A stretch of 64,000 nt of DNA, taken from positions 1-64,000 of the IMG/VR virus record IMGVR_UViG_3300038299_000097, one strand, 5' to 3'. Source of the DNA: a virus. Each line of letters opens with the position of its first letter. Within the stretch, counting starts at the first letter, position 1. The notes beneath the pieces were generated by a model. It was not told where the DNA came from and searched no databases. It saw nothing but the letters and a program-made list of their open reading frames with translations. The translations under genes and the position numbers were made by a program. Positions 58,315-64,000 of the stretch are shown here, one piece after another.

Positions 58315-59595
58315 ATGACAACGAACGCCAACACAATCACAATCGCTCTCAGCTCCCTCACTTCACTTGAGTCAGCAGTAGCCAAGCTCAACCGCAGAGC
58401 TACCAAGCTCGGTTTCGAGCAGGTAGTTGCTGAGGCGGGTACACCATTCCTTAAGTACTTCAAGGAAGTTTCCCACAGAGGCTTTGGTGAGATCACTACA
58501 AAACACGTAGAGATCACCAAGGAAGCTTACGGCGAACTTAGTAGTGCTCGTACACACTCTTGGACTGTAGAAGCTGTTGAAGTTACATTCAACGATGTTT
58601 CACACGGTTTTGAAGGTCACCGCATCGTAGGTCTCACTGAGGACATCGACGGTATCCACACTCTCAACACTTTTGACGAGTCCTTCGACCTCACTGACGA
58701 GCGTGGTACTTGTAAGTGTGACCACTGTGGTGTTAACCGCAGCCGTAACAAGGTGTTCTTCGTAGCTAAGACCGATTCTACTGACATCATTCGCCTCGGT
58801 TCCACTTGTGTATCAAACTACTTCGTCAATGAAGACGTAGCAGGTAACGCACTCGCTAAATTCAAATTCCTTGAAGAGGTGCTCAACATCACTAACGGTT
58901 ACGATGAAGATGAGCAGTGGGGTGAAGGTGGTGCTGCTACCACTCACTACGATGTGAAGGGTCTCCTTAAGTGGACAGTGTTCACTACAGCAATCACTGG
59001 TTACGTTTCGGTAGCTAAGTCCCGTGAAGATGAGTCTAAGACCTCTACTAAGGATGCGGTTCTCAACAACATCAATGATGAGAAGGTGAAGTTGGAGCTT
59101 ACTGAAGCACAGGAGAAGCAAGCTGAAGACCTCTACCAGTGGGCTAAGGACTTCACACCTAGTTCTGAAACTTCTGAGTACTTCGACACTGTACAGCAGA
59201 TCATCGAAGCCGACTACTGCCCTTCTAAGCTCGTAGGATACATCATCGGTGTATACGGGTGGTGGAATGCTGCCAACAACAAGCGCATCGCTAAGGAGGC
59301 TAATAACTCCCAGCACGTAGGTGTAATCGGAGAGCGTCAAGAGTTCACAGGTGTAGTCAAGAGTGTTAAGTCTTTCGAAGGTGCATATGGCACTGGGTAC
59401 ATCACAAATGTTACATGTGGGGAAGATACAGTAATCTACTTCAACCTCCTCAAGCCTCGTGGTACATTCGACGCAGCAGTTGAAGGTGATACAGTGAACT
59501 TCTTCGCAGCAGTTAAGGAGCACGGTGAGTTCAACGGTGTAGCCCAGACCACTATCTCCCGAGCTTCTAAGGTGAAGATCACCAAAGTTGCATAG
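58315..59595 (+). CDS. early protein with a Zn-binding segment and a C-terminal OB-fold-like domain
   Basis: CDHCG..R.R...G..C; S.HVG..GER..F...V......YG...VK.H.E..G..QT...R; strongly biased codon use. Confidence 0.65.
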   Translation: MTTNANTITIALSSLTSLESAVAKLNRRATKLGFEQVVAEAGTPFLKYFKEVSHRGFGEITTKHVEITKEAYGELSSARTHSWTVEAVEVTFNDVSHGFEGHRIVGLTEDIDGIHTLNTFDESFDLTDERGTCKCDHCGVNRSRNKVFFVAKTDSTDIIRLGSTCVSNYFVNEDVAGNALAKFKFLEEVLNITNGYDEDEQWGEGGAATTHYDVKGLLKWTVFTTAITGYVSVAKSREDESKTSTKDAVLNNINDEKVKLELTEAQEKQAEDLYQWAKDFTPSSETSEYFDTVQQIIEADYCPSKLVGYIIGVYGWWNAANNKRIAKEANNSQHVGVIGERQEFTGVVKSVKSFEGAYGTGYITNVTCGEDTVIYFNLLKPRGTFDAAVEGDTVNFFAAVKEHGEFNGVAQTTISRASKVKITKVA

Positions 59596-59642
59596 GTTTT
59601 AAAACCCGTGGTGCCATTTAATGCTCATGCCTAATTAAGGGT

Positions 59643-60098
59643 ATGAGCATTATTATTAAGGATCTAAACACCAAGACCGACCAGAGTAATAACTATCTAT
59701 ATAAGGACATAGACTTGTTTCAGATAGAAGGTACCAAAGGTAAACTGGCGGTAACAGATTTCGATGCTGTAAGAGCTTCAATGAATAATCTATTCCTTAT
59801 AAAGAGGGGTACTAGAATTCTTGACCCTACATTCGGCTCAAATTTGGATGTATACCTCTTTGAACAACTTAATGAGACCAACGCAGGGTTTTTAGCCGAT
59901 GACGTTGAGGAGATACTGACACAAGAGCCTAGGATCATGGTTGAGAGTATCGACGTGGTCGTAGATGAGGTTAATAATCAATATGTTGTAGGTGTTAAAT
60001 TCTATGTACCAGAACTTTCTAAAGAATCACTCGATTTAAGTTTTGTACTCAGTAAAGATGGTGGTGTGGTGATAGGCAGTGATAAGATCAATAATTAA
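59643..60098 (+). CDS. baseplate wedge subunit (gp25/GPW-like)
   Basis: YKD, AV..S..N......G.R...P.FGS.L...LFE, EPRI. Confidence 0.9.
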   Translation: MSIIIKDLNTKTDQSNNYLYKDIDLFQIEGTKGKLAVTDFDAVRASMNNLFLIKRGTRILDPTFGSNLDVYLFEQLNETNAGFLADDVEEILTQEPRIMVESIDVVVDEVNNQYVVGVKFYVPELSKESLDLSFVLSKDGGVVIGSDKINN

Positions 60099-60102
60099 AA
60101 CT

Positions 60103-61275
60103 ATGGCATCCAAAAACATAAGCATCGTAACGGGTGACAATAATACACCAGTTACTAGTAGAACTACTCGTAGATCTGATATTGATAACGGTAATAAATC
60201 TATCCCATTGTATATACATAGTGGTCATGATAATGCCAACCCCTATTATTCATTCCCTCACGGGTCGCCAGAGAATAAAATAAAGGGTGGTATCGACGTT
60301 GTTAATAGAGGGGGTTGGACACAGTCACCTATAGAATCGAGAGAACATGTTGTACCTATCATCATAACAGAATACCAACCTAAATACTCATCGGTATTGA
60401 ACAACTTACTCAAAAATGGTAATATACTTGCACAATTTGCTGATCAAGCAAAGAGTGTAGATGTCGGTGAAACTTTGGGTTCTGTAGGTGGCGCAGCTAG
60501 GGGTATAAAGGCTGTTACTGAGACATACTTGGCTAACCCTATAGCCAACTCTTTCCAAGCCAATAAGACGGGGTTCTCTTATAAATTACCATATCTAAAA
60601 CTAGATGCACAAAGTTATGCAACTATGTTCAATGATGGCGACGAAGGTAAACAGAATGTTCTATCTAAGGCGTTGGATTTTACAAAAAGTCGCTTGGCTA
60701 ATAACGCTAGTGCCCCATTAAAAGGTGCTGGGGGTCTTTTCGTTTTAGCGGGTTCATTAGGTAATGCTGTAAGTGATATAGCATCATCGGTACTCCCAGC
60801 AATAAACCCAGCAAACGCCCGTGATCAATTCTACAAGGGTTCAAGCCCTGTTTCTTACGAGCTTAAACTTGAGCTTATGAACAACATGGATTTCCAACAG
60901 ATGAAATTCCATAAGGAACTTATCGAATTATGGACCCACCAAATGGGTATGGGAGACCTCCGTACCCCTTACGTTGGCGATAGTCCATGTATTTATTCCA
61001 TAGAGATACCCCAGATACGCTGGTGTCCAGCAGCAAAGATAGATTTCTCTTACGAGGGTGTGGGCAACTTAACATATATTGACGGGGTACCTTACCCAGA
61101 GGGGTATCTATGCACCTTTTCAGTAACTGAGTTCTTTCCCCCTATTCGTTCTGTATATCACCATTACGTAAAATATGGTGAGAAGTTCATGGCTATTACT
61201 ACCCAAAAAGTGTGTGAGCAAGTTAACAGTGTTATTAAATCTGCTGGTGATCTGGTAAAGGGGTTGTTCTCATAA
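60103..61275 (+). CDS. baseplate/tail-tube cap-like structural protein (gp48-like)
   Basis: Between the gp25- and gp6-like genes; P..Y...IP....P.A....P..Y...F...E pattern; TAATTA-N5-ATG. Confidence 0.5.
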   Translation: MASKNISIVTGDNNTPVTSRTTRRSDIDNGNKSIPLYIHSGHDNANPYYSFPHGSPENKIKGGIDVVNRGGWTQSPIESREHVVPIIITEYQPKYSSVLNNLLKNGNILAQFADQAKSVDVGETLGSVGGAARGIKAVTETYLANPIANSFQANKTGFSYKLPYLKLDAQSYATMFNDGDEGKQNVLSKALDFTKSRLANNASAPLKGAGGLFVLAGSLGNAVSDIASSVLPAINPANARDQFYKGSSPVSYELKLELMNNMDFQQMKFHKELIELWTHQMGMGDLRTPYVGDSPCIYSIEIPQIRWCPAAKIDFSYEGVGNLTYIDGVPYPEGYLCTFSVTEFFPPIRSVYHHYVKYGEKFMAITTQKVCEQVNSVIKSAGDLVKGLFS

Positions 61276-61303
61276 CACACCACTAGGTTATTAAATACTC
61301 ATT

Positions 61304-61474
61304 TCAACAGTCATCAACATAACAACATATAGCCACAATTATACATATAACCACCACCACTGCAATCAATATACCAACGATTGGATTAATGCAAAGAGCT
61401 AGAATTGTGCCTATTAATATAAACTTGAATAAAAATATGCATAAGATACCTAATAAACTTAAAATTGTTTTCAT
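61304..61474 (-). CDS. small two-helix membrane protein (56 aa) with its own early promoter
   Basis: MKTILSLLGILCIFLFKFILIGTILALCINPIVGILIAVVVVICIIVAICCYVDDC*; TTGACA-N17-TACAGT-N6-ATG on the minus strand. Confidence 0.65.
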   Translation of the reverse strand: MKTILSLLGILCIFLFKFILIGTILALCINPIVGILIAVVVVICIIVAICCYVDDC

Positions 61475-61549
61475 AACACCACTGTATACTTAATAACCTT
61501 TATTGTCAAGAATTACTTTAGTTTCTGGGTGCGGCTTATAATTATAAGC

Positions 61550-63289
61550 ATGGATATAAAGGAAGAATACCTAAAATTTAATGTAGGGTCTGTAAGTGAA
61601 CTCATTAAACAGAAGCTGGAACCCCAGTTTCCAGACGTTGCATTTCGTGGTAGCTCTGCAAATATCATGGCAGAGACTATATCTTCAGTGTTCTCTATGC
61701 TGACATATCAATTGAACAGAACTGCTTCAAACAGTACATTCTCCAAGACCGACTCACTAACATCTCTAATTGAACAAACAAAATTGTTAGGCTACAACCC
61801 TGTAGGGTACCAGCCCAGTTCAATGTTTGCGAACATTTTTCCAACAAACGGGTTTGATATCAAATCCTATACCATTCCTAGGTATTCCTATATTAACACC
61901 ACTCTTGGCAGATTTAGTACTACTGAGGATCTAGAATTTTCATATTCTGGTTCCCCAGACATTGCACTTCTAGAGGATATTGTGTTAAAGGGTGGGCAAT
62001 GGGTTGAGTACCCATTATTAGTTGGTGATGGTACTACCAATCAACGTATTACAATTACGAATGATATGGGTAAGTTCATAGACCACAACTCTTTAAATGT
62101 ATACATCAAGGATACTGTTAATAATGGTAAGTGGGAAGAGTGGAACCAAGTTGATAGTTTGTTTTTAAGTAGTGGGTTTGATAGGGATTTCGAATCCCGA
62201 CTCAACACTAAAGGCACATACGACCTAACATTTGGTGATGGTGTGAATGGCTGCTTCATACCAGAAGGAGCATCGGTTGCTATCTATTATATGTCCATCA
62301 TCACACCAGATGTTACTGAAATAATTACACCTAACACAATATCTGAAGATTTGGTTAGATTCTCAACAGACCGAATCAATGAAATTCTCATTGATATCGT
62401 TGACGTTGGTAAGACGTTCGTACTAGGTGTCACATCAGGGTCATTCTATGTTGAGAACACATCAACATCCACAGGGTATTCAAACCCTGAAGATTTAACA
62501 GATATTCGTAGAAATGCACCAGTAGCGTTCCAGACCCAGAATAGATTGGTCACTGCTGAAGACTATCGTTCATTCGTTAGTAATAACTTCTCGGACTTCA
62601 TATCTGATGTAGTAGTCCTTTCAAACACCGAGTTTGTGGATGGATACATGCAATACTATTATGAGCAAGGGTTGGAAAATCCATTACTTGAGTCTAGGGC
62701 ACTGTACAACCAAATAGAGTATGCAGATGCATGTAACTTTAATAATGTATACGTATTCTTGATACCTAAGTCTGGTAACTATGTCAGTGATATACAGAAG
62801 AAGTTGATTATTGACTCCGTAGATAAAACAAAAACACTAACCACAAGTGTTGTACCTTCAGACCCTATCTATATAAATTTCGGTATAGCAACACCAACGA
62901 CTGGTATAACAGAGGAAGACTTAAATACTAGCACACTTCAAATCACTAAATCCTCAAACTCTAATAGGAGTGATGATGATATAAGAACAACCGTGTATAA
63001 CACCATTGTAAACTACTTCGATGAGAGATCCTCATTATTCACCAACACTGTTGATGCGTATGAGCTAAACGCGCTACTATTAAACATAGGAGGGGTGCAG
63101 GCAGTCCATACTGTGAATAGTACAATCTCCAATGTGGGGTTACAGCTATACCAGTTCAACCCACAGTTCCCTTCTAAGGTGTACACAACCCCGCCAAATA
63201 TACTCTTCTCGGAAATATTCGTCCCACGTCTATACGACAACAACCTATTGAATAAAATCATAATTACACAATCCAATGTCAACAACTAA
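61550..63289 (+). CDS. baseplate wedge subunit (T4 gp6-like)
   Basis: F.D..F.GS, LGY.P, FGDGV.G..P, E....IR.NAP..FQTQNRLVT.EDY; start ATG 61550 after TAATTA-N5. Confidence 0.88.
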   Translation: MDIKEEYLKFNVGSVSELIKQKLEPQFPDVAFRGSSANIMAETISSVFSMLTYQLNRTASNSTFSKTDSLTSLIEQTKLLGYNPVGYQPSSMFANIFPTNGFDIKSYTIPRYSYINTTLGRFSTTEDLEFSYSGSPDIALLEDIVLKGGQWVEYPLLVGDGTTNQRITITNDMGKFIDHNSLNVYIKDTVNNGKWEEWNQVDSLFLSSGFDRDFESRLNTKGTYDLTFGDGVNGCFIPEGASVAIYYMSIITPDVTEIITPNTISEDLVRFSTDRINEILIDIVDVGKTFVLGVTSGSFYVENTSTSTGYSNPEDLTDIRRNAPVAFQTQNRLVTAEDYRSFVSNNFSDFISDVVVLSNTEFVDGYMQYYYEQGLENPLLESRALYNQIEYADACNFNNVYVFLIPKSGNYVSDIQKKLIIDSVDKTKTLTTSVVPSDPIYINFGIATPTTGITEEDLNTSTLQITKSSNSNRSDDDIRTTVYNTIVNYFDERSSLFTNTVDAYELNALLLNIGGVQAVHTVNSTISNVGLQLYQFNPQFPSKVYTTPPNILFSEIFVPRLYDNNLLNKIIITQSNVNN

Positions 63290-64000
63290 TATAACACTCG
63301 ACGGTAGTAACTATGTGCAATTACCATCCGACGATGCATTATATAATGATAGTGGTGTTTATGTGAATATAAACATGTCACTTGAAAACTGGAACTATGA
63401 AGGCTCGTCACAAATTGTGGGTAACTACAATGGTCAAGGTTATGGTCTGTTTTATAACAAAGGGTTTGAGGACAATCCCGAGTTCAATATAATGGATAGT
63501 GGTAATAAGCACTTATTCAACTTTAACCATACAGGGGGTCTAATAGACCAAAAGCCTGTACAAAACACAGATGCGGTATTCACAGCATATATGGTGGATC
63601 ACCGTGATTATAGATATTACTTTGATCAATTCAATTTGATATGTTATAAGTTTGATATTGATAATATATTAAAATATACTTTCCCTATTGAACCAAACGC
63701 AGTTATTAGTGTTGTAGTACCCGATAAGGAGGGTGATGTTTATTTCATGGATACCTTTGCGGGTATGATACACAAGTACAAAGGTAGTGATGGCACTCTT
63801 ATAGAGTCGGTTGCTCCCGAACACCCCGAACACAATAACATGATTGTGCTCATAGATGGCACAATAAAAACATTTTTCTCTACTGCTGGTACACCAATGT
63901 TGGTAGACACAGAGGAGAACACTTATAATATATGGGGTGCCAACATATATAAAAACGGCTCACCATGGTTTTTCACAAACTCATCAACCAATACCATTGG
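63276..64000 (+). CDS. structural protein beginning with a partial LamG-like domain, then beta-propeller-like strands (runs off the window)
   Basis: MSTTNITLDGSNYVQLP...W...QIVGNY...GYGLF; open frame to the window end. Confidence 0.6.
   Translation, partial: MSTTNITLDGSNYVQLPSDDALYNDSGVYVNINMSLENWNYEGSSQIVGNYNGQGYGLFYNKGFEDNPEFNIMDSGNKHLFNFNHTGGLIDQKPVQNTDAVFTAYMVDHRDYRYYFDQFNLICYKFDIDNILKYTFPIEPNAVISVVVPDKEGDVYFMDTFAGMIHKYKGSDGTLIESVAPEHPEHNNMIVLIDGTIKTFFSTAGTPMLVDTEENTYNIWGANIYKNGSPWFFTNSSTNTI

Noticed and set aside
58813-59523. 236-aa minus-strand ORF
   Set aside because: Antisense open frame produced by the strong codon bias of the plus-strand gene.

Overview
This window is a 64 kb segment of a large, AT-rich T4-like (myovirus) phage genome. 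It encodes a T4-type replisome and recombination set (gp47-like nuclease, family B polymerase, UvsX, gp41-like helicase, gp32-like SSB, probable clamp, clamp loader, ATP-dependent ligase), NrdAB, PhoH, GroES, rIIA/rIIB, RmlA/RmlD-like sugar enzymes, a glycosyltransferase and an amidase. Baseplate, tail and neck genes are scattered among these on both strands. The standout feature is a ~700 bp non-coding interval (39918-40607) between nrdB and a 680-aa alpha-helical/TerD-domain gene. It holds two sigma70-type promoters and five tandem structured RNAs. All five share a terminal stem with a conserved internal loop (5'-CAGCYAN...RAUWCG-3') but carry different apical domains. Two of these domains are circularly permuted tRNAs (Leu-like and Asn-like, order T arm > closed acceptor stem > D arm), the topology of bacterial YrlA Y RNAs, but with a non-canonical protein-binding motif and no recognisable Ro60 gene. 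I infer a Y-RNA-like ribonucleoprotein system with a TerD-fused partner. Across the window, many genes appear to be transcribed leaderless from TAA(T/A/G)TA-N5-ATG or TTGACA-N16/17-TAnnnT-N6-ATG promoters. All protein calls come from motif recognition by eye; no database searches were run.
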